In this document: one piece after another, positions 21,593-30,569 of the stretch | How positions within the stretch are numbered: position 1 is the first letter of the stretch | Layout: the number at the start of each line of letters is the position of its first letter | Assembly: GCA_049852185.1 (NCBI GenBank) | Contig: CP187540.1 | Direction: 5' to 3' (one strand) | DNA length: 64,000 bases | Source of the DNA: Methanocaldococcus sp. 28A | GTDB taxonomy: Archaea; AGJL01; Methanococci; Methanococcales; Methanocaldococcaceae | Translations under genes and position numbers: made by a program | The notes under the pieces: generated by a model | Told to the model about the DNA's origin: nothing | What the model saw: only the letters and a program-made list of their open reading frames with translations | The model's database searches: none

Positions 21593-22498
21593 ATGAATAA
21601 ATATCTAGAGTTGATGTATTATCTCACTATTAAAAAAAATGTTATATTACTTAGAAAACTCGGAAGAAAGATAGATGAAAAGAGATTTGTTGCATTTTTG
21701 ATATTTATTGCTGTAGTGGTTGCACTATTATGCTACATTTTATTAATAGTCAATCTAAGAAGCTTAATACTTTTTGTTTTCTTATATGTCGGAACTGCTC
21801 TATATCTGCCACAAATTTTATATGAAAATAAGATAGAAAGATTAGAACGCAATATTCCTAAAGCTCTTTATGTTATGATACTATCTCTTGAATCGGGAAG
21901 GTCTGTAAATGAAGCCTTAGAGGAAGTGGTTAAAAGCAATATAAAAGAAGTTAGCAGTATTTTTAGAAAAGTTCTCTACCTAATGGAAAAACAGAAATTA
22001 AGCTTTGAAGAATCGATAAATATTGTATCCAACTTATATGACTCTAAAATTCTAAGAATGTTAGCAAGAATTATGATTGAAAATAGGAAATATGGAGGAA
22101 ATTTATCTGATTCCTTAAAAATTTTAGCTAAAACTCTTGAAGATTTTGAATTATATAAAAGGCAGTTGTTAAGTGTTACAGGTACAGGGTTAGCAGTTGG
22201 TTTCATTATACTTTGTGGAGTAATTCCAGCCGTTGCTGGGTTGTTAGGTGCTTATTTAATTTCAGTATCTACTTTGATGTCTGGGATTTCAGCACCTTTG
22301 CCCCCTGTAACCCCAGAAGATATTGCAAAAGGCTTAGAAATTGTTCAAATAGGGTCAGCCATTATTGGAGCATTATTCGCGATTCCATTATTTGGATTAA
22401 ATTTGGGAAGGATGTTTCTAATATCTACTCTAACATCAACAATTAGTGTTCTAACATACTATGCAATACTAAAAGTTGCACCAGGGTTCTTTACCTAA
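21593..22498 (+). CDS. Second T2SSF/TadC-like membrane protein
   Basis: IPKALYVMILSLESGRSVNEAL, YGGNLSDSL. Confidence 0.8.
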   Translation: MNKYLELMYYLTIKKNVILLRKLGRKIDEKRFVAFLIFIAVVVALLCYILLIVNLRSLILFVFLYVGTALYLPQILYENKIERLERNIPKALYVMILSLESGRSVNEALEEVVKSNIKEVSSIFRKVLYLMEKQKLSFEESINIVSNLYDSKILRMLARIMIENRKYGGNLSDSLKILAKTLEDFELYKRQLLSVTGTGLAVGFIILCGVIPAVAGLLGAYLISVSTLMSGISAPLPPVTPEDIAKGLEIVQIGSAIIGALFAIPLFGLNLGRMFLISTLTSTISVLTYYAILKVAPGFFT

Positions 22499-22509
22499 CT
22501 ATATCCCTA

Positions 22510-23019
22510 TTATTTTAAAAGATTATTTATCTCCTCATTTAATAAAATAATTCGTTTAATTGAAGGATGATTTTCACCAAGTTTCTTTTCAAATTTTTTT
22601 ATAACATCATCTATCTCTACTCTTTTAGTTCCAAATATTAAATTATCTGCATGAGCTACAATCTTTTCTTCTAAGGTTATTGGCAAATAATCTTTTGGTG
22701 GTAATCCAAGCTCTATAGCTTCTTCTTTTGTTATTCCTGCTCCAATATGTCTCTCAGCTATTAATGCAAGTTTCTCATCAAATCCTAACTCTCTTAAAAT
22801 TTCAGCCCCTACAACTCCATGCTCTATTCCATGAGTTTTACTTCTTCCAATATCATGCAATAAACTTCCCAATCTAACAAGCTCAACATCAACACTATAT
22901 CCGTTGTTTTTTATAGCTAAAGCTAATTCATAGGCATATTCTGAAACTGCTAAACAATGTTCTACCACATCCTTAGAACATAAATTTTTTAAAATAGATA
23001 GTGCTTTTTCAAACTCCAT
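22510..23019 (-). CDS. HD-domain (HDIG) metal-dependent phosphohydrolase
   Basis: EHCLAV, LLHDIGR, ERHIGAG, HADN. Confidence 0.88.
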   Translation of the reverse strand: MEFEKALSILKNLCSKDVVEHCLAVSEYAYELALAIKNNGYSVDVELVRLGSLLHDIGRSKTHGIEHGVVGAEILRELGFDEKLALIAERHIGAGITKEEAIELGLPPKDYLPITLEEKIVAHADNLIFGTKRVEIDDVIKKFEKKLGENHPSIKRIILLNEEINNLLK

Positions 23020-23081
23020 GTTCTCACTCTAAATTCAATAGCTGGAAAAATTATACACAAGTTAAGTTTTTTATTTAAAAG

Positions 23082-23648
23082 TTATTTTAAAAAAGGATTG
23101 TTCTTTAATTCTTCCTTTAAAAATTTTATTTGCTCCTCTAAATCTTTAATTAATTTACTATTGTCAAATTCTTGTAGCATATTTCCACAACCAGGACACG
23201 TAAATCCATAATCCATTGCTTCTTCAAATGTAAATCTTACATTACAATTTGAACAGAAGAAAAACATGTTATTTTTCTCAAACTCTAACTTTTCTTTAAG
23301 GTCCTTAATTAACTCATTTATTTTCTTTTTTACTACATAAGGAAGTTTTTCAAGTGTTGGCAGCCAAGTATAGGAATACCAATTGGTATCTTCATCTTTC
23401 CATTTTTTGTAATCAACCAATCTTGCATCATACAGCTTATAAAGTAATTTCCTAACTACATTAAGCTTTACTCCAAGTTCTTTAGCAATCTCATCCTCTG
23501 TAGTCTCACCTTTCTCTAAAAGAACCTCTATTAATTCAAATCCTTTTTCTTCTCCTTCAAATATATTAAATAGAACTTCTTGAATCAGAGGGTCGTTTAA
23601 CATTTCATATATCCTCTCTATCTTGTTTTCTTTTTTCATACTCTGCAC
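23082..23648 (-). CDS. tfe: Transcription factor E
   Basis: wHTH (EDEIAKELG..LNVVRKLLYKL), WYSYTW, CSNC/CPGC Zn ribbon. Confidence 0.93.
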   Translation of the reverse strand: MQSMKKENKIERIYEMLNDPLIQEVLFNIFEGEEKGFELIEVLLEKGETTEDEIAKELGVKLNVVRKLLYKLYDARLVDYKKWKDEDTNWYSYTWLPTLEKLPYVVKKKINELIKDLKEKLEFEKNNMFFFCSNCNVRFTFEEAMDYGFTCPGCGNMLQEFDNSKLIKDLEEQIKFLKEELKNNPFLK

Positions 23649-24714
23649 ACTCCTTATAAACGCTGTTTATTATTGATTTAATGTTTTCTTTTGCAATTAC
23701 TGTAGCTATAGGTTCTCCTTTCTCTATAACTGCATTTTTCTTTGGAATATCATATACAAAGTCTCTTTTTGATATATTTGCAATAATTTTTTCTTTAGCA
23801 AACAGTATTCTCTTTATATATGTCTCTTTTAGTTTAATATCTTTGGTATATTTGTTATTTAATAGAGCTTTTGCTAAATTTTGAGATGCACTCAGCTCTA
23901 TAGTTTCAAACGTTCCTAAAATTCGTGGGTTTATATCAACAATACATGGTTCATTATCTTTAATTAAAAAATCAATTCCATTCATCCCTTTTAGTCCAAA
24001 AGCTTCTATAACTTCACTAAATATTTCAATAAACTTATTTGGCAAATTTAGATATGGTGTTAAATTTCCAGCATACATTCCCTTAATAATAATTTGTTTG
24101 TTAAAGGTTATAAATGTATTGCCTATAAAGTTAGCACTAAAACTTTTCCCTCTAATATATTCTTGAGCAATAATTGGGAATTTGATATTACAAATTAACT
24201 CATTACTAAAATCCTTTAAATTTAGCTTTATAACTCCTCCTCCACTACCATAAATAGGCTTTAAAACACAGGATTTAAATTCCTCCAAAAATTTATATAA
24301 TTGAGTTTTATTGTTAATTTTCTTTGTTTCTGGTACATCAAAACCTAAATTTTTTAATTTTTTATATGTTTTAAATTTATTGGATATTTCATTTATCTTT
24401 TTTGGCTCGTTACCTACAACATTATCCCATTTTGGAATTTTCGAATTTTCGAATTCAAAAACACCTGAAGTTATAAAGATATAATCAACTTCATCAACTA
24501 ATTCATTAGCTATCTCAATTAATCTATTTTCATCATAATTTTCTCTCAACTTTCCATGAACTAAAGGATTTATCAGATAATATTTTTTATCAGCATTTAA
24601 ATCTTCTGGAGCATAGTAAGAAACAGAATATACATAGAATCCTAATTTTTTGAGAGAATTAACTACAGGTCTTGTATTAACTCCTAAAACCAAAGCTTTC
24701 AAATTCTCCCTCAT
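23605..24714 (-). CDS. ATP-grasp domain protein
   Basis: VLKPIYGSGG, QEYIRG, GIDF, DINPRILG. The longer ORF-track start lies inside a MITE. Confidence 0.85.
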   Translation of the reverse strand: MRENLKALVLGVNTRPVVNSLKKLGFYVYSVSYYAPEDLNADKKYYLINPLVHGKLRENYDENRLIEIANELVDEVDYIFITSGVFEFENSKIPKWDNVVGNEPKKINEISNKFKTYKKLKNLGFDVPETKKINNKTQLYKFLEEFKSCVLKPIYGSGGGVIKLNLKDFSNELICNIKFPIIAQEYIRGKSFSANFIGNTFITFNKQIIIKGMYAGNLTPYLNLPNKFIEIFSEVIEAFGLKGMNGIDFLIKDNEPCIVDINPRILGTFETIELSASQNLAKALLNNKYTKDIKLKETYIKRILFAKEKIIANISKRDFVYDIPKKNAVIEKGEPIATVIAKENIKSIINSVYKECAEYEKRKQDREDI

Positions 24715-24716
24715 TA

Positions 24717-24831
24717 TATAGTTGTATGCAAAATGAAATAAACTTTTATAAGGATAATTTGAATGCCTTTCTTTAAGGAAGGCATTCACTAATTCCTTAT
24801 TTTATTTAAGATAGTTTTGCACACAACTATA
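24717..24831. mobile_element. MITE family 2 copy 2
   Basis: Same TIRs and internal hairpin as 7301-7414. Confidence 0.9.
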
Positions 24832-24886
24832 ATTGGTTTGTGGATAAAATAGCTAAAAAATATATATTAAATTTGGATGCATTCAA

Positions 24887-24959
24887 TAGGACTTTCGCAG
24901 GAATAAATGTTTTAAGGCAATTTTCATTATAGAAAGATATATAAACCGCGAAAGTCCTA
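24887..24959. mobile_element. MITE family 1 (IS701-type ends), 73 bp, TSD ttcaa
   Basis: taggactttcgcag...cgcgaaagtccta with ttcaa on both sides. The left end is identical to the IS TIR at 2183. Confidence 0.88.
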
Positions 24960-25898
24960 TTCAAGTTCTCTCCGTAATTCTCCAAGTGTTGTTACTTTTT
25001 CAGCAAATGCATCATGTCTATGAATACTTTCCATATTTATCTGCCTAATTGAAACCTTTGTTTCATCTGGTAGATGTTTAAACTTCTCTACAACTCTTTT
25101 AGCCATCTCTCTAACACAATCCTCAACAAATTTAGGATTTTTATGGCTTTGTTCAACAACATAAGCTTCATCAGCTCTTTTCAAAATTCCATAAATCTCA
25201 GCACTCATGGATTTTTTAATTATATCAATGATATCCATAATCTCTATATCATAACCTGTAGGAATTTCTAATATAATTCTACCAATTCCTCTCTGGTTGT
25301 GAGTAGCAAATATAACAGAATCCAATATTTTCTCAATATCTTCATCAGAAAATCCTTTTTCCTTTAAATTTCTAATAGATATCTCTTTTATTAAATTTTG
25401 AGCACATGGACAAGCAGTGATGCCAATAACTTCAGCCCCAACAATTTTTGTTATTTCAATTTTATCATCTTTCTTTATTCCTTTAGCTCCACCCATAATT
25501 TTATGTATCTCTTGAGAATATTTCTCAGATATTGGGCTTTTCTCCTTAGTCATGAAATCACTAACCATAAAAACCTCTGTCTCTGTAGCGTATTCATGTT
25601 TCTCAAACAATCTCCTAACAATCTCTTCACAAATTGTTTCTATCTCATAACTCTCCATCTCTAATGCTTCATCTATTATTCCCTCTATAACTTCAGGATT
25701 TCTTGACATGTGAATACCTTTTTGTGAGCTCGGCAAATTAACAAAAACTTCAAAAGTAGATAATAAAATAATAGGTCGTTTATTTTTTCTTTTTAGTCTA
25801 ACAAGTTTTTTTAGATTTGTAACTCCTACTCTTGTTAAAGATATTTTAACATCTGGCTCAAAATTTTGAACATCACATATCCAATTCATCATCTTCAC
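24957..25898 (-). CDS. mptA: GTP cyclohydrolase MptA (FolE2 family)
   Basis: KGIHMSR, ITACPCA, ATHNQRG, NPKFVED, ESIHRHDA. Confidence 0.93.
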   Translation of the reverse strand: MKMMNWICDVQNFEPDVKISLTRVGVTNLKKLVRLKRKNKRPIILLSTFEVFVNLPSSQKGIHMSRNPEVIEGIIDEALEMESYEIETICEEIVRRLFEKHEYATETEVFMVSDFMTKEKSPISEKYSQEIHKIMGGAKGIKKDDKIEITKIVGAEVIGITACPCAQNLIKEISIRNLKEKGFSDEDIEKILDSVIFATHNQRGIGRIILEIPTGYDIEIMDIIDIIKKSMSAEIYGILKRADEAYVVEQSHKNPKFVEDCVREMAKRVVEKFKHLPDETKVSIRQINMESIHRHDAFAEKVTTLGELRRELE

Positions 25899-27102
25899 CT
25901 ATTAAGACATCCCTAAGTTCTTTAGACAGTCTATAATACACATTGTTTCCATCCCTTTCTTTATAAATATATCCCATCTCATAAATGTCAGAAAGATGAG
26001 TTCCAATAGTACTTGGTGATTTTTTTAAATATTCAGAAAGTTGAGTTACAGTTGCAGAACCTCCAAGCTCCGCCATTGCCCTAACAATCTCTGACTGGGC
26101 AGGAGTTAAATGATTTAGAATTTGATGCCCTACACTAATCCCAAGAGAATGCATAGCCTCTTTAACGACTCTCTCATCTATTTTGGTTAAACCTTTTCTT
26201 ATAGCTATTGATATAGACTCAGAGCACGTCATTATTATCTTTCTTGGAATACCATCACACTCTTCAACAATCTTGTGTATAGCATCTTCAGTAAACGGCT
26301 CAAATTCCTCAGCACCATCTATATGCGCATCCTCTAATCTTCTTCTGATTAAATCATAGGACTCATCTTTTGATAAAGGAGGCATATTTATTATCTTTGG
26401 AATTCTATCTTTTATTGGTGGAGATATTTTTGTCAAATCATCCATTAATGTTGGGGAACCTGCCATGAAGGTTAAAATCCCTTCTTCATACAAAAATGAG
26501 TGGAAAAATTGTAATAAAGATAAACAGCTTTTTTTTGCAAATTGGTCTGCTTCATCAATTAATATTATACATAACTTATCATGGCTTTTAACTTCATTTA
26601 TTAAATATTCTAAGTCTCTTTCAATTCTTTCTCTTGGATAATGTATAGGAACTTTATCTCCATAGTTATTTAACTTTCTATACATGTCCAAAATTCTATT
26701 TGAATGCACCATATAATCAGATTTTATAGTTCCACTCATAGTTAAAATATTTTCAGTTAATATATTGTATAAAAGTTGTATCAAAAACTGTCTTGGCGTT
26801 ATTTGAGAGGCTGTTAGCTCAACTACCCAGTGTCCCTGCTTTTTTGTAGCATAGTATATGATGTTAAGCATTGAACTCTTTCCTATCCCCTTAGTCCCAA
26901 CTATTGCAGCATTAGCTACACTACCATGCAAAGCAGAACCTAAGATTTCTCCAATCTCCCTCAACTCACTAACTCTACCAACAAAAAACTTTGTATTGCC
27001 TCTTATTGGCTTCTCAGAAAATGGATTATATTTTAATTTCAATTTATGCATGGTGCTTGCTATAGAGCTTGCAGATTTTTGTATAAACTCTATTGGGTCC
27101 AT
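25873..27102 (-). CDS. AAA+ ATPase with C-terminal winged HTH (distant Cdc6/Orc1-like)
   Basis: FVGR..E, Walker A GTKGIGKS, Walker B ILIDEAD, GIPR, C-terminal HTH (VTQLSEYLKKSPSTIGTHLSDI). Confidence 0.85.
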   Translation of the reverse strand: MDPIEFIQKSASSIASTMHKLKLKYNPFSEKPIRGNTKFFVGRVSELREIGEILGSALHGSVANAAIVGTKGIGKSSMLNIIYYATKKQGHWVVELTASQITPRQFLIQLLYNILTENILTMSGTIKSDYMVHSNRILDMYRKLNNYGDKVPIHYPRERIERDLEYLINEVKSHDKLCIILIDEADQFAKKSCLSLLQFFHSFLYEEGILTFMAGSPTLMDDLTKISPPIKDRIPKIINMPPLSKDESYDLIRRRLEDAHIDGAEEFEPFTEDAIHKIVEECDGIPRKIIMTCSESISIAIRKGLTKIDERVVKEAMHSLGISVGHQILNHLTPAQSEIVRAMAELGGSATVTQLSEYLKKSPSTIGTHLSDIYEMGYIYKERDGNNVYYRLSKELRDVLIGEDDELDM

Positions 27103-27271
27103 GTTTCCACCGATAATAAAATATGGATTAATTTGAATTGATAATTATAATGTTCAGTAGTGGTTTCGAATTTTTGTTCTAAGTGTATTATATAGATTTC
27201 GAAAAATAGAAAAATAGATGTAATTAATTATTGATAAACTTAAATGTTTTGTTATATGTTTTATTTTCAAA

Positions 27272-27690
27272 AATATTATGAATCAAATAATAAAATTAAA
27301 AAAATATCGTGAATCAAATAATATTATACCTAATGCAAATAAATATCATTCTCAGAAACAAACTTGAATAAAAATAAAAATAATATATATATTATTCTAA
27401 TAAAATAAAATTAATTTTAATTCTTCTCATGGGAATTATTACAACACACGAAAAATAAAATATCGTGAATCTAAACTTATAATATATAAAATACTATGAA
27501 TTAAAAATTATACTCTAATTAACAACATCTCAAAACTATATACTATCAGTAAAGAGAAATATAAAATTGTAATATATAAGAAATAAATAAATACATGCTC
27601 TATCAATACCAATATTCAAACAAAAATTTTTAAAATGTTGGTAATACTGAAACTAAAAATTAGTTAGTAAAACTATATCGTGAATCAAAA
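27272..27690 (+). promoter_or_regulatory. Five direct repeats a(a/t)at(a)YRTGAATYaaa in an AT-rich divergent intergenic region (candidate oriC/operator)
   Basis: Copies at 27272, 27303, 27459, 27490 and 27674. The last abuts aaagatttataa, a BRE/TATA-like element. Confidence 0.7.
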
Positions 27691-27778
27691 GATTTATAAG
27701 TAAATATGATATATATAATTGAACACCAATAACATAAGAGCAAAAAAATAATTTACATCAAAAATAAAGGTGTTATAA

Positions 27779-28306
27779 ATGGAAAGATTACCTTATGAAA
27801 TAGTATCAACTATATTTAGAAAAGCCATTTTACATTATGTGTTAATACGTGGCACAACTTATCCACAATCACTCGCAGAAAATTTAAATATATCGAAAGG
27901 TCTTGCAAGCTCTTTTTTAAGGTTGTGTTCAGCTCTAAATATTATGAAGAGGGAAAGAGCAGGACATAAGGTTGTGTATTCATTTACATCAAAAGGATTA
28001 GCGATATTAAAAAGATTAGCCCCAGAAATATTCGATTTTAGTTTTTCGAGTGTTTTCGAACAATTACCTAAAAAGAAAATTGCCACTAAGTATTACCCAC
28101 TAAGTAGAATAGGGTTTGAAATTAGATGGAAAGAGGATAAACTTGGAGGATTTATATTTTCGTTCTTTGATGCTAATGGAGAACATTTAGGAGACGTTTT
28201 TAGAGGTAATAAAGGTCAATGGTGGTGTGTCATCTGCCAGTGTGATAACTGTAAGCATATTGATTACCTGAAAAAGCTCTATAAAGAATTGAAAAATCAC
28301 GATTAA
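27779..28306 (+). CDS. Winged-HTH protein with C-terminal SWIM-type Zn finger
   Basis: PQSLAENLNISKGLASSFLR...YSFTSKG (wHTH); WWCVICQCDNCKH. Confidence 0.8.
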   Translation: MERLPYEIVSTIFRKAILHYVLIRGTTYPQSLAENLNISKGLASSFLRLCSALNIMKRERAGHKVVYSFTSKGLAILKRLAPEIFDFSFSSVFEQLPKKKIATKYYPLSRIGFEIRWKEDKLGGFIFSFFDANGEHLGDVFRGNKGQWWCVICQCDNCKHIDYLKKLYKELKNHD

Positions 28307-28310
28307 TAAA

Positions 28311-28686
28311 TTTCGAATTTTCGAGTCGCATGTATGTATATGGGTATTTGATGAGCAAGAATTTTTCAAAGAACAGATTATTGCAAAAATAAGATAGAGG
28401 TTACAGTATCTTATTTTGTATAACAAACAGTTAATGTTGGAGTTATATATTTGTTTATTGTTTTTTTGTTTTTATTTTTTAATATAATAGATTTTTAACA
28501 TTATTTTTTGTAAAATTTTTATAATATATTATATTTAAATTAAAAAAGTAAAATTTTTATATTTTTAACTTATATTGTGAAAAAAAGTATAATAATATAA
28601 TAGTTGTGTTTGTAATATACACAACCATTATTGAATCTTGATAGTATTTTTTCCCATATACATACATGCGACTCGAAAATTCGAAA
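28311..28686. repeat. Perfect 34-bp inverted repeat flanking 308 bp of AT-rich DNA
   Basis: tttcgaattttcgagtcgcatgtatgtatatggg (28311-28344) and its exact reverse complement (28653-28686). Confidence 0.95.
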
Positions 28687-28827
28687 ATCTTATAAGGAGA
28701 TAATATTTAAATTTAATTTCTTAAAATATTGACAATATATCAAAAAAGAAAACAATATTACGTCACAACTTTACACAATCAATAAATATTAACACTATCA
28801 TACAGGTTAGTGTGATAATTCTTAACT

Positions 28828-29889
28828 CTATATATTCTTCGAAAATTCGAAAATCCGTATATTCCATGGTATGCTATCTAACAAAAAAATAGAGAACCAA
28901 TGAAAATAGTTATTTTTAGATTTTTTAATGAGCTCTAAAAGGATGTTTCTATTTAATCTTATTTTAAACCTAACTCTACCTTTGTGTTTTATTTTTGTTA
29001 ATATACCTAACTCAACCAATTCGTCTAAATATCTGTATAATGTTGATAATTTGTAATTAACCTTATAGATGATATCTTCAACTTTAAACTTCCGTAACTC
29101 TATTATTGACTCAACCAATTTTCGATATTTCGAATCTACTATATATGGTAAAATTTTAAGCCATGGTATTTTTAACTCTCTAAGATTTTTTATTTCCCTT
29201 TTTGAGTGTCTTAGTATTAAATATATTGTTTCTAAGTTTCCATTAGTTATTTTTAGTAAATAATCGGCCACATTATTGCTTATATAATAGCCATGAACCT
29301 TTGCAAAGTATTTTATAGCTGATTTTGTATTTAAAATACCATCTGGAAAAATTTCTCTAATTTCCTCATGACAATCAATTGGATATCTTATTACAACACT
29401 TAAATTGTTTTTTCTTAATTCTTTAACAAAGTTTATAAAACTCTTTCCACAATGCCATTTCCGTATGTCATGAACTTCAAAAACAATTATTGGGTTTAAA
29501 ACTTTTAATAATGAGATTATCTTCCTAATGACTTTTTCAAATTCCCATTTCCTTATATTTTTAAATAAATCTCCTATTCCTCTATACCATGCTTTTTTGG
29601 CTCGGTAGTATTTATCAAATTTAATTTTGTTGTTAATATATTCTAAAAGATTTTTTAACCAGCTTGCTTTTTTGTAATCCTTGAAGAGATAATATTTATC
29701 TTTGATTTGATAGACTATCTTTGCTATTGTCTTTTTTAAATTTGGTGTAGCTAAAATTCTAATTATTGGTATATTATTAACTACTTCAAAATTTCCGTTT
29801 TCATCTAACTCTAACAAATTTTCTCTATCTGTTGGAATTAAATACAACTCATTTAAAAATTCTTCAGGAACTGCTCTTATTATTTTCAT
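28828..29889 (-). CDS. Basic hypothetical protein with C-terminal HTH, possibly a degenerate ATPase fold
   Basis: Lys/Arg-rich. IIVFEVHD and ITNGNL resemble Walker B and lid remnants; KLSTLYRYLDELVELGIL is an HTH. Confidence 0.7.
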   Translation of the reverse strand: MKIIRAVPEEFLNELYLIPTDRENLLELDENGNFEVVNNIPIIRILATPNLKKTIAKIVYQIKDKYYLFKDYKKASWLKNLLEYINNKIKFDKYYRAKKAWYRGIGDLFKNIRKWEFEKVIRKIISLLKVLNPIIVFEVHDIRKWHCGKSFINFVKELRKNNLSVVIRYPIDCHEEIREIFPDGILNTKSAIKYFAKVHGYYISNNVADYLLKITNGNLETIYLILRHSKREIKNLRELKIPWLKILPYIVDSKYRKLVESIIELRKFKVEDIIYKVNYKLSTLYRYLDELVELGILTKIKHKGRVRFKIRLNRNILLELIKKSKNNYFHWFSIFLLDSIPWNIRIFEFSKNI

Positions 29890-30569
29890 TTCTTAACCCT
29901 CTTTATTATAGCTAAGGAGAGATAATCATTAAATTCATCGAAATTCAACTCATCTAATTTACCAATTACTACTTTTTCATCTTCAAATGTTACTCTTTTT
30001 ACTAAGCCAATTATATAATCATCTCTATTCTTTATTTTTTCTAACTTTTCTTTTAAATTTTTTGTTTTCATAATAATTATTGTGTCAAATTCATCAATAT
30101 ATTTCTCTAAATCTTTCCCCTGTGGAAGAATGCATAGTTTTTCATCGCCTTCAACTAATGGGATTTTTAAAGCAGCAGCAGAAGCAAAGATTGAAGATAT
30201 TCCATTAATTATCTCTACATTTACTCCTTTCTCTCTTAAAAGTTTCCAAACATAAGAGAATGTGCTGTAAAGTGTTGGGTCACCAATTGTTACTATAGCA
30301 ACTTCCCCATCTTCATTTAAAACTTTTTCTAAGGCATTTTCCCAATATTTTTTTAATTTTTCTTTATCCTTAATCATTGGGAATAATAGCTCTTCTATTT
30401 CCTTTCCATCAATGTAATCCTTTATAATCTCATAAGCGATAGATTTTTTTCCTTCTTTAGATATTGGGATAAATATTTTATCCACTTTTTTTAAAACTTC
30501 CAAAGCTTTTAAGGTTAGTAGCTTTTTGTCTCCAACTCCTACACCAATACCATAAACTTTTTTTACCAT
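29886..30569 (-). CDS. cbiL: Precorrin-2/cobalt-factor II C20-methyltransferase
   Basis: GIGVGVGD..LLTLKA, FPM, IGDPTLYSTF, INGISS. Confidence 0.88.
   Translation of the reverse strand: MVKKVYGIGVGVGDKKLLTLKALEVLKKVDKIFIPISKEGKKSIAYEIIKDYIDGKEIEELLFPMIKDKEKLKKYWENALEKVLNEDGEVAIVTIGDPTLYSTFSYVWKLLREKGVNVEIINGISSIFASAAALKIPLVEGDEKLCILPQGKDLEKYIDEFDTIIIMKTKNLKEKLEKIKNRDDYIIGLVKRVTFEDEKVVIGKLDELNFDEFNDYLSLAIIKRVKK

Noticed and set aside
28187-28426. 79-aa minus ORF across the inverted-repeat arm
   Set aside because: It overlaps the wHTH-SWIM gene, has atypical composition and no RBS.
28601-28627. Small hairpin gttgtgt...acacaac inside the IR core
   Set aside because: It has only 7-bp arms; it may be a MITE-2 scar but is too short to support a call.
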